A stretch of DNA of 64,000 bases from a virus (Duplodnaviria > Caudoviricetes), in the IMG/VR virus record IMGVR_UViG_3300014205_000003, positions 1-64,000 of that record; one strand, written 5' to 3'. Of the stretch, positions 18,821 to 28,093 are shown in pieces (the first letter of the stretch is position 1; each line of letters starts with the position of its first letter). Position numbers and translations under genes: made by a program. The notes below the pieces were generated by a model, which did no database searches, was not told the origin of the DNA, and worked only from the letters and a program-made list of their open reading frames with translations.

Positions 18821-19033
18821 ATGCCTGCCAAGTCTAAGAAGCAATCCAACTTCATGAAGCTTGTATATGCTTACAAGAAAGGGGCTCTTAAACAAAAGGA
18901 TGTTGGAGAGAATGTAGTTAAAGCTGCTGGCTCTATATCTGAACAAGCAGCTAAGGACTTCACTAAGACTGCTGCAGAAGAAAAGGCAAAGATCAAGCAG
19001 TTGCTGATGACTGTTGTATTTCCAATCCGCTAA
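18821..19033 (+). CDS. DUF3008-like small protein
   Basis: MPAKSKKQ..M...KKG..SISEQAAKDF pattern. Confidence 0.55.
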   Translation: MPAKSKKQSNFMKLVYAYKKGALKQKDVGENVVKAAGSISEQAAKDFTKTAAEEKAKIKQLLMTVVFPIR

Positions 19034-19048
19034 CCAAGAGGTTCCTAC

Positions 19049-20356
19049 ATGTCTATCGCTTATCAAATCCGTAATACAGATCTTACAGTCCAAGTAGTTC
19101 GAGACATCAAGAAAGATTTTGCAGAAGGCCTGACTAAGACAGAGCTGGAAATCAAGTATCAGATTCCTCGCAAGACCATTCATCGCCTGCTCGAAGCCCT
19201 CTCAGAGGATCGTGAACTTGAATTCCTCGACGGTACTCGCGTATGCTCTTGTGAGCTTGACAACGTATCAGATGAAGAGCTTGTAAGTGAAAACAAACGT
19301 CTGGCGAAGTCTCGTCAGAAGCAGATGGACACCAATCGAGTTGAACGCAAAGCTTTCCGTGAAGTAGCTCGAGTCGAGAATGCTCAGGAAGAATACGCGA
19401 AAGCTCTTACAGGACTCTTGGAAGAGAACAAGTGGCACGATCCAGAGTTTGAAGTTCAGGACAAAGGTGGAGACTCTGTAGGAATCGTTCATCTGTCTGA
19501 CTTGCACTTCAACGAAGAGATCAAGGTTCAAGGAAACGTCTATAATTTTCGAGTAGCTTCTGCGCGTCTCAAGTACTTCATTGAACAGCGAGCTCTTCCC
19601 TGGTTTAAACAACGCGGAGTGAAGACTGTTCTAGTTGCTATGACAGGTGACATGCTGAACAGTGATCGACGGCTTGAAGAGTTGATGTGTAATAGCTACA
19701 ACAGGGCTAAGGCTACTTACTTGGCTGTAGACATACTACAGCAGGTTATCCGAACCCTCGCGGCACACTTCGAGAACGTTAAAGTTGCTTATACGGTAGG
19801 TAACGAGTCGCGTGCTACAGATAAAGTTGCTTGGTCTTCCAACACGGCAAGTGACTCGTACGATTGCTCGATCTTCTATTGGCTTCGTTCACTGTTCTCT
19901 CAGTCGAAAAATGTTTCCTTTATCATAGGCGACGAGAGCGAACTGGTGATTGAGATTGCTGGTAAGAACATTTTGCTGACTCATGGACACGGCTTCAGCA
20001 AAGACCTTGAAGGTTCTGTTGCGAAGTGTCGTGCACGTTACGCAGCTCGTGGTGTCATGTTGAGTAAGGTCTTGTGCGGACACGTTCACAGTGCTTGTAT
20101 CAGTGACACGTATGCTCGCAGCAGTTCTCTCAGTGGTCCTAACGCCTTCTCGGAGACTGGTCTGAATCTTACAGGACGTGCCTCTCAGAACTTGTACATC
20201 TGTTCTGCTGATGGTAGTTTTGACGGACAGGTTGTGGATCTGCATAAGGTTGATGTTGAAGATCGCTATGCTTTTGAGGAACATCTTGAGTCCTACAATA
20301 CTCAAGCTAACGAGAAGCTTCACAGAGAGACAACTATTGTCAAAATCGTCATCTAA
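19049..20356 (+). CDS. Calcineurin-like metallophosphoesterase with N-terminal HTH and coiled coil
   Basis: SDLHF, GDML, GNE, THGH and GHVH motifs. Confidence 0.85.
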   Translation: MSIAYQIRNTDLTVQVVRDIKKDFAEGLTKTELEIKYQIPRKTIHRLLEALSEDRELEFLDGTRVCSCELDNVSDEELVSENKRLAKSRQKQMDTNRVERKAFREVARVENAQEEYAKALTGLLEENKWHDPEFEVQDKGGDSVGIVHLSDLHFNEEIKVQGNVYNFRVASARLKYFIEQRALPWFKQRGVKTVLVAMTGDMLNSDRRLEELMCNSYNRAKATYLAVDILQQVIRTLAAHFENVKVAYTVGNESRATDKVAWSSNTASDSYDCSIFYWLRSLFSQSKNVSFIIGDESELVIEIAGKNILLTHGHGFSKDLEGSVAKCRARYAARGVMLSKVLCGHVHSACISDTYARSSSLSGPNAFSETGLNLTGRASQNLYICSADGSFDGQVVDLHKVDVEDRYAFEEHLESYNTQANEKLHRETTIVKIVI

Positions 20357-20357
20357 G

Positions 20358-20381
20358 GAAAGTGCACAGGTGTGCGTTTTT
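20358..20381. repeat. Dispersed palindrome, copy 5 (GG centre)
   Basis: GAAAGTGCACAGGTGTGCGTTTTT after a stop codon. Confidence 0.85.
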
Positions 20382-20440
20382 CTTGACAACCGGATATATT
20401 CTCTTTGTATGACTTGACAACTATTTCTCTGGAGAAGTCT

Positions 20441-20992
20441 ATGTTGAAGACTGCAGATTTCGATTCAAGTGGCAGTAAGCCAGTTGATGCCTCGAAGTAT
20501 CGTCCCTTGTCTATTCGCCGTGAGCCAACTCACTTAGACAAAGCTCTCATAGATGCAGGTTCGTCTCAGCTCTTTGGACCTATCTTCGACGATCCCGGCG
20601 ACCCTATTGCGGCTGACATGTCTTCTCCTGCTAAAGGAGCGGCCATGTATGGTGCTTTGGCAGGTTTGCTAGGTGCTGCCGCAGGCAAGGGTGTCAGCAA
20701 GTTGTCCAAAGAAGTTTCTCCAGATAAGCCTGTAGATGAAACAAAGGCGATGCTGATTGGTGGATCTACTACAGCTGTCTTAGCTGCTATGGCGGCTTAC
20801 ATCAGTCGCTTCCGCAAAAACAACGAGTTGAAAGATCAGATGTTGCGACTTCCTCAAGGTGCTACTCGACGAGATGTAGCCTTGAATCCTGTCTTAGGTG
20901 CTGAGAACAATCCCGAATACGTCAAGCAGATGGGGATTCTCAATGCCGCTCTCAAGGGTCGTCTTCCCAAAGACTGGAATCAGATGGCATGA
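20441..20992 (+). CDS. Gly-zipper protein starting MLKTA (KxA family)
   Basis: GGAG RBS; GALAGLLGAAAG. Confidence 0.6.
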   Translation: MLKTADFDSSGSKPVDASKYRPLSIRREPTHLDKALIDAGSSQLFGPIFDDPGDPIAADMSSPAKGAAMYGALAGLLGAAAGKGVSKLSKEVSPDKPVDETKAMLIGGSTTAVLAAMAAYISRFRKNNELKDQMLRLPQGATRRDVALNPVLGAENNPEYVKQMGILNAALKGRLPKDWNQMA

Positions 20993-21345
20993 GCATGTTT
21001 GCTACAGAGCACGGCTATGATAAGCGTGTCCATAGGGATCATCGTCCTCGACGTGGAGGAAATCCTTTTGGGTCTGACTCTAAACCTGACTGGATGGACC
21101 CGAAGACTTACTTAGCTCTTAAAGAACTCTCATTGCGTTCTGCTCCTGCAAAAGCTCCTGCTAAGTCAATAGAACCTCTTCAACAGTTCTCTACTCCTTC
21201 TACTCCCAAAGAACCTACTCAGGTTCAGATTCCTTCTCAGGATGTCTTTCAGAAGATGTTGGAGTACTTGACGGCTCGTTCAAGAGTTACGGCAAAGCAA
21301 CCTGCAATAAGTGATAGTGAGGCGGCTGCTGTAAGGATGTCTTAA
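20989..21345 (+). CDS. Hypothetical Pro/Ser-rich protein
   Basis: ATGA overlap. Confidence 0.5.
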   Translation: MSMFATEHGYDKRVHRDHRPRRGGNPFGSDSKPDWMDPKTYLALKELSLRSAPAKAPAKSIEPLQQFSTPSTPKEPTQVQIPSQDVFQKMLEYLTARSRVTAKQPAISDSEAAAVRMS

Positions 21346-21346
21346 C

Positions 21347-21565
21347 ATGCTTGTTGCGCTACCTGAACACCCACCACAACAGTATACACGACCGTCGCAA
21401 TCCGTAGAAGACTCATCTGTTCAGGAATTCTTAGATTTGCAAAAATCGTTCTTAAGTCGCACCATTGAGATGTGCAGTGCCATCAATTCATTTATAGTAG
21501 TAGCAGACACTCACATCAACCGCCAGGTGCAGCCAAAGGATCATTCTCATGCCGACCGATATTAG
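21347..21565 (+). CDS. Hypothetical protein
   Basis: ORF packing. Confidence 0.45.
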   Translation: MLVALPEHPPQQYTRPSQSVEDSSVQEFLDLQKSFLSRTIEMCSAINSFIVVADTHINRQVQPKDHSHADRY

Positions 21566-22130
21566 TGCCGACATGCTCAGCGAACTCCGCAACGTTATGT
21601 CCAAAGTCAATGAGACTATGGGCAAACTTTCCGTCTACTCCAGTTCTATGGAACGCTTGGCAGAAGATCGAGCAACCATTCAAACTCTTAAGGAGAAGCT
21701 CCAAGAACTTAAAGGTTCTGTGGACGAACTCTACGACTTGATGCAGAAGGATACGACTTCTCCTGCAGTGTTTACTCGACTCAGTAGGATTGAAGGTTCC
21801 CTTAGAGCTATTGATGATACTCTGAAGACTTTGGAGAAGAACACAGCCGTTCTTCCTGGGATTCAGAATCAGATGCACGACTTTGAGAAAGATTGCATGG
21901 TCTGTAAGGAATCTGTAGAAGAGCGCTTGGATGCAATTGAAGGAACTGCTAAGGAAGAAAAGAAGAATCGTGAAGAGTATAGCAGGAACTTTAAGATCTC
22001 GTTGATTGCTGCGATTGCTCCTCAGATTCTCACTTGGCTCTTGGCAATTCTTGGATATGTGTATATGATGTCACAGCAGGCAACAGTAGCTACGAATGCT
22101 GCTCCTGACACTGTTAAGGTGGCGAAGTGA
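21549..22130 (+). CDS. Coiled-coil protein with C-terminal TM helix
   Basis: Heptads followed by ISLIAAIAPQILTWLLAILGYV. Confidence 0.65.
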   Translation: MPTDISADMLSELRNVMSKVNETMGKLSVYSSSMERLAEDRATIQTLKEKLQELKGSVDELYDLMQKDTTSPAVFTRLSRIEGSLRAIDDTLKTLEKNTAVLPGIQNQMHDFEKDCMVCKESVEERLDAIEGTAKEEKKNREEYSRNFKISLIAAIAPQILTWLLAILGYVYMMSQQATVATNAAPDTVKVAK

Positions 22131-23653
22131 ACAAAGAGTCGTATACAATCCCTCCGGCTTTCAAAGACGCCTTCAAGTTGCGTGGAGGTCAAGCACTTGC
22201 TCTAGGTGCCGCAGGTGTTTCTCCCTATGTAGGGAGTCAACTGCTGGACAGGTCTAAAGAGACTGCAGAGGACATAAAGAACAAGGACATCAAGGGAGCG
22301 ATCGGAAGTGGCCTTGCAGGCTCTTCTAGGTTGATTCTGCTGTCTCTGTTGGCAGGTCCTGCTCTGCGTGGTGTAGGGCTTACTCTTAAGGCTCCTGCGG
22401 CACTTGCTACAAAGATGTCTACTGCTTCTCCTGTAGGAGAAAAGGCTTTAGGCCATGCCGCAGATTACTTTGGAGAAGGTTCAAAGGCTTTGGAGAGTGC
22501 TGGTCAATCGTTCTCGAAGTCTCCCTTTACAGGAAAGACTGTAAGTCCTTTGTGGGATATTCCTGTGGTTGGTGGAGTAATTGGTGCAGACATGTTGGCT
22601 GAGAAGATTAGGAATAGAGCTGTACCAGACATGCCTGGGACTTCAGGAATGATTGAGAAGCAGGTGAAGACTAAGTTCCAAGACGTACTGGACAGACTTC
22701 ACTTGTCTAAGGATGACAGGGATCGCAAGAAAGAGCTTACACGTACTTTGGATGCTCTTACCAGTTTGAAGCAGGCTTCTATGGATAAGGAAGCACTTCT
22801 TCCACTTGCGCTTGCTTGGCCAGTACTTAAGATTCTTGGTGGCGCTGGAATGGCTTACCTGTCCGGTAAGCAGGTTCTGGAAGATGTTCCTCAAGCGTAT
22901 AGAGCGTTTAAAGCTGGTGATTGGAAGAGTGGGCTCTTGCACGGTGGAAGTGCTGCTATCAACACTTTGTTTGCTCCTATGATGGGAGCAGGGGCTGTCA
23001 AAGGTTTGTCAATGCTTCCAAGTGTTATGAGAGCACACAAAATTTCCAAGATGGTTAAGGGTACAGAAGGAGCAACGGAGGCAATAAATGCTTTGTCTCC
23101 CATTAAACCCCGCTGGAATTGGAACCCCTTTAATCAGGCTGGAACAACTAGATCTTTGCATAATCAGCAGATGGAACAATTTTCGAATCTTGGTGAGAAA
23201 TATCAGCACGGCGAGAACGGCGTTCATCGACTCTTCCAGAAGAACCCCGAGATTGCCGACGCCATTCATAACTACAACGAAAAACGTCTGATGAATCCTG
23301 TGCATAATTGGACGAACAAAGCAATGAACAAGGTTCACATGGGAACTCCTGAAACCTTTATGGGTCAGACTATACCCGGAACTAAAGGTACATTGGGGCA
23401 TGTTGCCGGATATGGTGGTTTAGCTCAGATGGCTCTTCCTATTGCAGGCATCAATCCTACGAGCTACGGTGCAGATGGGCGTCCTGAGATTGATCAAACG
23501 GAATCTGTTGTCAATGCTGTCAAACCTCTTGCTACTAACTGGAAAGATACGTTTAACAGTCAGAACATGCAGAGCACATTCAATGCTGTAAAAGCGCGCG
23601 CTGGCAAGATGGACGTAGATGTCCGCAATCGCGCTAACGCTATATTGAGATAA
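22127..23653 (+). CDS. Two-module Gly-rich amphipathic protein with KxA/S motifs (candidate internal-head or ejection polyprotein)
   Basis: MNKES and LKQASMDKEA each followed by a similar hydrophobic module. Confidence 0.6.
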   Translation: MNKESYTIPPAFKDAFKLRGGQALALGAAGVSPYVGSQLLDRSKETAEDIKNKDIKGAIGSGLAGSSRLILLSLLAGPALRGVGLTLKAPAALATKMSTASPVGEKALGHAADYFGEGSKALESAGQSFSKSPFTGKTVSPLWDIPVVGGVIGADMLAEKIRNRAVPDMPGTSGMIEKQVKTKFQDVLDRLHLSKDDRDRKKELTRTLDALTSLKQASMDKEALLPLALAWPVLKILGGAGMAYLSGKQVLEDVPQAYRAFKAGDWKSGLLHGGSAAINTLFAPMMGAGAVKGLSMLPSVMRAHKISKMVKGTEGATEAINALSPIKPRWNWNPFNQAGTTRSLHNQQMEQFSNLGEKYQHGENGVHRLFQKNPEIADAIHNYNEKRLMNPVHNWTNKAMNKVHMGTPETFMGQTIPGTKGTLGHVAGYGGLAQMALPIAGINPTSYGADGRPEIDQTESVVNAVKPLATNWKDTFNSQNMQSTFNAVKARAGKMDVDVRNRANAILR

Positions 23654-23673
23654 GATGTTTGAAAGGATACACG

Positions 23674-24483
23674 ATGCAGAAGTACTCTGAAGATACAAAG
23701 CAACTCGCTACAGTTATCGCAGGAATCCTCCAGAAGGAAGCAATCACTCCGGGGTATACACCTCAGGGTGGAGGCTATCAAGTACAGCCACCCCTAGTTA
23801 CCCCTCTTCCTGCCACAGCAGCTACCACCTCTCCCGCAGCGGCTGTTAAGAAAGCTTCCAGTCTCGGCAAAGGAGGCAAGTGGGCTATTGCAGGTGTACT
23901 TGCGGCGTTGGGCGTTCCCTATGCCTACAAAGCTATTCAGCGCATGAACTGGGGCAACATGGCCGATCAGAAGATGGGTCCTGAACGCGCGCAGGAAGAA
24001 CTTGCCAAAGAGTACAAGCGGCGTATTGCCGCTCGCGACGAAGCTATGGATGCCTACAAGGGCAAGTGGCAGGAAGATTCTACTGGCGGCTTCTACAATC
24101 CTGAGACAGGTGCTCTCACTGGACGTCAAGCTTTCTTCGCTCGCATGGGCAAGATGAAGAGTTCTGCAGATGCGGCTGAAGCTCAGTGGCTGAAAGATCG
24201 TATCAAGAAGCAGACGCGTTCTGGTACGTTGCTTTCGCCTAGTCTTCCTAATGAGACTGAAGCAGACTTCCAAGCTTGGAAGCAGAAGCGGTTTGAGCCG
24301 GGGATTCTTCCCTTCTTCACACATCATGGAACAATCTTTGGTAAGGATACTGGATTGACTGCGGCGCTTACTGGACGTCGTCCTCTTGGTGGTGGAGACA
24401 AGGCTGAGGACGAAGCGAAGTTGAGGGACATCTACAACAAGGCTCGTGGAAGTCTGTACTCGAATCCTACGGGGACTGTATAA
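23674..24483 (+). CDS. Leader/KxA-family protein with one TM segment
   Basis: IAGILQKEA; WAIAGVLAALGV. Confidence 0.6.
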   Translation: MQKYSEDTKQLATVIAGILQKEAITPGYTPQGGGYQVQPPLVTPLPATAATTSPAAAVKKASSLGKGGKWAIAGVLAALGVPYAYKAIQRMNWGNMADQKMGPERAQEELAKEYKRRIAARDEAMDAYKGKWQEDSTGGFYNPETGALTGRQAFFARMGKMKSSADAAEAQWLKDRIKKQTRSGTLLSPSLPNETEADFQAWKQKRFEPGILPFFTHHGTIFGKDTGLTAALTGRRPLGGGDKAEDEAKLRDIYNKARGSLYSNPTGTV

Positions 24484-24486
24484 CAT

Positions 24487-25587
24487 ATGAAGAATCCACT
24501 GTACAGTTTTTGCTTTGAGAAGAGCGGAGCTACTGTTGGCGGTATTCCTGATTGGAAGAGCACGCTTAAAGGGGAAGTCGTTACAGACAACCCTAATAAG
24601 GTTGTTGGGGGAACTGATAAGTTTCCTGCCAAAGAAATCAAAGTTCCTGAAGCTGTAGGTACTAAGCCTTTGACTACTTGGGGAGATACTCCACGATCTG
24701 TACTAGCACCTTCAGGGGATCTTGCTAAAGATTCCAGGAATCAGTATCACGAAGATCTTAATCAGTCGGCAAACAGGGCACGTGTTACAGCCCTTATGCA
24801 GAACAACGCTGTGACGGAAGCGGATTATGATCTTGCGAGTGAGATTGATCCACGTAGTTATCCTAATCGTCAGCGTAAAGCTCAACTGGCTGAGAAGTAT
24901 AACTCTGTTGTGCGAAACGATGCTCTACTTGCTGAAAAGAAGAAAGCTGAAGATGCTGCTAAAGCTGCTTTGTTAAAGAACCAAGTAGCGCCTCCTCCTG
25001 TTACGGGAGATCCTGGAATTCTTCCTACCGATGTGAAAAAGACGCCAGAAGAGAACAAAGCAACAACGGAAGCACATAATAGAGCTGTTGCTGAAAACAC
25101 TCGTACTATTACAGGACAGGACATTGCAGGGCCTGGAAAAAAGCCTAACGCCTTTCAAGATGCGGGGGCGGGTTCTTTGAATGCCCTAGGTACAACGCCA
25201 GAACTTGCAGCGAAAGCTACTGAAAAGCTTTCTCCAACATACGCAGAACGTCTTGATAAGATGTCTCCAGGACAAGCGGCGGCTGAAGGGGCTCTTGCTG
25301 GATCTGTTGTTCCTGGTGTGGGTACGTTAATTGGGGCGTTTGCTAATCCGATAAATCAAGTAGGTGTTGCTCGTAATCGTGCTAACGAGTCAACAGTAGA
25401 AGCTTCTCGAAAAGAGCAGATCTATCGACTTGACCAACAAATACGTGACCCTAGGAATAAGGCAATTCTTCCTAACCTTTGGAAGTCAGCTATTGCCAGT
25501 GGTGTAATTCCTCCCACAATGAGTCTTCAACAGTTCTCTACTCCTGGAAGTCTGCGTCAATACTTCAATGCGTCCTTTGCTCAGTAA
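24487..25587 (+). CDS. Leader-family protein with Gly zipper
   Basis: MKNPLYSFCFEKSG; GALAGSVVPGVGTLIGA. Confidence 0.6.
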   Translation: MKNPLYSFCFEKSGATVGGIPDWKSTLKGEVVTDNPNKVVGGTDKFPAKEIKVPEAVGTKPLTTWGDTPRSVLAPSGDLAKDSRNQYHEDLNQSANRARVTALMQNNAVTEADYDLASEIDPRSYPNRQRKAQLAEKYNSVVRNDALLAEKKKAEDAAKAALLKNQVAPPPVTGDPGILPTDVKKTPEENKATTEAHNRAVAENTRTITGQDIAGPGKKPNAFQDAGAGSLNALGTTPELAAKATEKLSPTYAERLDKMSPGQAAAEGALAGSVVPGVGTLIGAFANPINQVGVARNRANESTVEASRKEQIYRLDQQIRDPRNKAILPNLWKSAIASGVIPPTMSLQQFSTPGSLRQYFNASFAQ

Positions 25588-25608
25588 TCCTGTATAGTAT
25601 TCCTTCAT

Positions 25609-26319
25609 ATGCAACCAGATATTCCAGTAGTCATCACGAACTTCAATCGCTTCGAGCCATTTCTCCAACAGGTGAAGTGGCTTCGAACTTTAGAAGGCCT
25701 TTCACAGATCCATATCTTGGACAATGCTTCTACCTATCCTCCCCTCCTTGACTACTACTCTGCAAATCCTGACAACCTTTCTATACATCGTATGTCCACT
25801 AATACTGGACACTTGGCCTTTAAGAACAACATCTTGTCTATTACAGATACCAAAGATCGTATCCTTGTAACTGATCCAGACTTGATTCCTTATCCTACAA
25901 CTCCTAGTGATATTCTGCAGAAGATGCACAGACTCTTGGATACTCACTTAGACACTCACAAGATTGGCGCTGGACTAGGCATCAAGGATATTCCAGATTG
26001 CTATCCCTTTGCCAACGACGTCAGGAGACACGAGAGCAACCTTCTAGGGGCAATCTATCCAGACGGGAGTAGAAAGTCTTTGGTAGACACTACGTTTGCC
26101 TTGTACAGGTGTCCTGAGGCCTTTGGCAACTGGAGAGATCAAGCCATTCGTACAGTGCATCCATATATGTTGAAGCACGTAGATTGGTATGTTGATCCCG
26201 AAAACCTTTCAGAAGAGTACATTTATTACTTAGAGCATTGTACAGAGTCTGCAAGCTATGCGTGGAAGCTGAAAGACTGGATGACAAGACTCAAGATCAA
26301 TTGGAAGAAACGACAATGA
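25609..26319 (+). CDS. GT2-like glycosyltransferase
   Basis: VVITNFNR, ILDNASTY, VTDPD and VDTTFALY. Confidence 0.75.
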   Translation: MQPDIPVVITNFNRFEPFLQQVKWLRTLEGLSQIHILDNASTYPPLLDYYSANPDNLSIHRMSTNTGHLAFKNNILSITDTKDRILVTDPDLIPYPTTPSDILQKMHRLLDTHLDTHKIGAGLGIKDIPDCYPFANDVRRHESNLLGAIYPDGSRKSLVDTTFALYRCPEAFGNWRDQAIRTVHPYMLKHVDWYVDPENLSEEYIYYLEHCTESASYAWKLKDWMTRLKINWKKRQ

Positions 26320-26624
26320 ATAAAAATGCTCTCAATGCTTTTTATGCAGGATATATGACTAAGGAGTCAAGTAAGAACACAGAGATTAGCGCTCAAGGAA
26401 ATATTGCAGCTCCTAAGCGGACTCTGTCTAATTTGAATCCTGCTAAACCTATGGACATGTCTGATTCTCCTTTGAGTGGTGCTAAGCGAGAGAATGCAGG
26501 ACAAGAAATTACCAAAGGACAGATTACAAATGAAATCAAGGCTCCTGCCGGTGCTGGTACGCCAAAAACACCTACACCATTGGTAGCAGGACCTACTACG
26601 TCTCCTCTGTGGACTCCTCCTTAA
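26316..26624 (+). CDS. AFxxGY-leader protein
   Basis: MNKNALNAFYAGYMTKES. Confidence 0.65.
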   Translation: MNKNALNAFYAGYMTKESSKNTEISAQGNIAAPKRTLSNLNPAKPMDMSDSPLSGAKRENAGQEITKGQITNEIKAPAGAGTPKTPTPLVAGPTTSPLWTPP

Positions 26625-26639
26625 GATTGTTAGCTTTAC

Positions 26640-26864
26640 ATGCAACCTCCTCAAATCAAACGAACGCTGTCACGTTTTGAGATCAAGATTGGTGACTGGA
26701 TTCACCTCTTCGATCTCAACGGAAAATACTTCGACTCTGTCTCAATGGCTGATCTGCCACCTATGCAGCGCGTAGCTGAGTTCTATAAGTGGATGCCCAA
26801 ACGTAAACCAGTACTAGGTAAAGGAAAAGCTAGACATGGAAACAGAAAACAATCCGGTAAGTGA
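26640..26864 (+). CDS. Hypothetical protein
   Basis: ORF packing. Confidence 0.45.
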   Translation: MQPPQIKRTLSRFEIKIGDWIHLFDLNGKYFDSVSMADLPPMQRVAEFYKWMPKRKPVLGKGKARHGNRKQSGK

Positions 26865-27336
26865 CGCGTGCTACGCTAAGACCTTTGAAGCAATGCGTAA
26901 AGATCAGCAAGAAGCAATCAAGAAGTTGCTCGACAAGTCCATGTGGGACGATCTGAAGGATATGGATGATAAACTTCAGACAAAGCACAATTGGAGTGGA
27001 GGCCTTATGGAGTCCAGTAGTTTCATTGCGGATATTATTCCGGGACGTGTGTACAATGGTGAAGCTGGGATGTGGACAAAGGGACATCTTTTCAAAGATC
27101 TTTACGCCGCTGACAAAATGATGCAACGTGAGCGCGATCACGAGAAGAACATGGAAACGTCTCGCTGGTATCGCTTCAAGTACTTCTGCTCAGAGTTTCC
27201 TGGAATGTGCAAACAGAAGTATCTGAACTGGAAGTCAGATCTTAATCGTAATGGCTTGAAACAGCAGGTACGGTTACTTCAGTGTCGTTGTGACTATCTT
27301 GAGATAAAATTGAAAGAACTGAAAGAGGTCAAGTAA
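26836..27336 (+). CDS. Hypothetical protein
   Basis: AAGGA RBS. Confidence 0.55.
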   Translation: METENNPVSDACYAKTFEAMRKDQQEAIKKLLDKSMWDDLKDMDDKLQTKHNWSGGLMESSSFIADIIPGRVYNGEAGMWTKGHLFKDLYAADKMMQRERDHEKNMETSRWYRFKYFCSEFPGMCKQKYLNWKSDLNRNGLKQQVRLLQCRCDYLEIKLKELKEVK

Positions 27337-27338
27337 CT

Positions 27339-28046
27339 ATGGCAACAGGACATCTCTTTCAAGAGTCTGAAGAACACGCTGTAGGAGACCTCGACAATCC
27401 TATCAGTCATCCTACTATCCGTGGAGCTCAAGTAGACGGCACTGAACAGTCTGCCTACAAAGTCTCCAAGGAAGTCAATCAAAGCATCCGCACAGGCACT
27501 CAAGTACCTATTGCCACTACTACAGGAGGCATTGCTGGCACTAAAGACCTTGTAGGATATGTCAAACCAGGCAAGCAGTGGGAGATTGATAAAGAGTCAG
27601 GTCACTTGGTTCCTGTAGGACCTTCTATCATCGATCCCCAAACTGTTGAGTCCTGTACGAATGGTGTACAAGAGACTAACATCAATACTGCTCCTGTAAA
27701 GAAGCAGACCAAACGTCAACAGAAGAACACACTTGCAATTGAAACCATACTGAAGGAGATGCCAGAAGTTATGCAACCAGCAGCTAAGAAAATCAAAGTG
27801 AAACTCTCTGGCTACTTCGGAGAGTTTGTCGGAAGCTATCTCCAAGCTGTCAAAGAGAAGAACCTTGTCGTACTTGCTATGGAGGAAGACGCCAATGGTT
27901 TTGTTCCTCCTGTAAGTCAGGAAGATCAGACCTTTACACTTACGATGTACACAGAGAGCTCATCTGTTGATTGTGAAGTGCAATACCTCGGATTGACATT
28001 CACAATGCTTGAGATGCGTTTCTTTCTGTATCATGCAGTCGGTTGA
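27339..28046 (+). CDS. Hypothetical protein upstream of portal
   Basis: GAGG RBS, 235 aa. Confidence 0.6.
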   Translation: MATGHLFQESEEHAVGDLDNPISHPTIRGAQVDGTEQSAYKVSKEVNQSIRTGTQVPIATTTGGIAGTKDLVGYVKPGKQWEIDKESGHLVPVGPSIIDPQTVESCTNGVQETNINTAPVKKQTKRQQKNTLAIETILKEMPEVMQPAAKKIKVKLSGYFGEFVGSYLQAVKEKNLVVLAMEEDANGFVPPVSQEDQTFTLTMYTESSSVDCEVQYLGLTFTMLEMRFFLYHAVG

Positions 28047-28093
28047 GCAATTAGATTAACTTCTAGTTCCTATACAGCTAAGGCAGGTAAACT

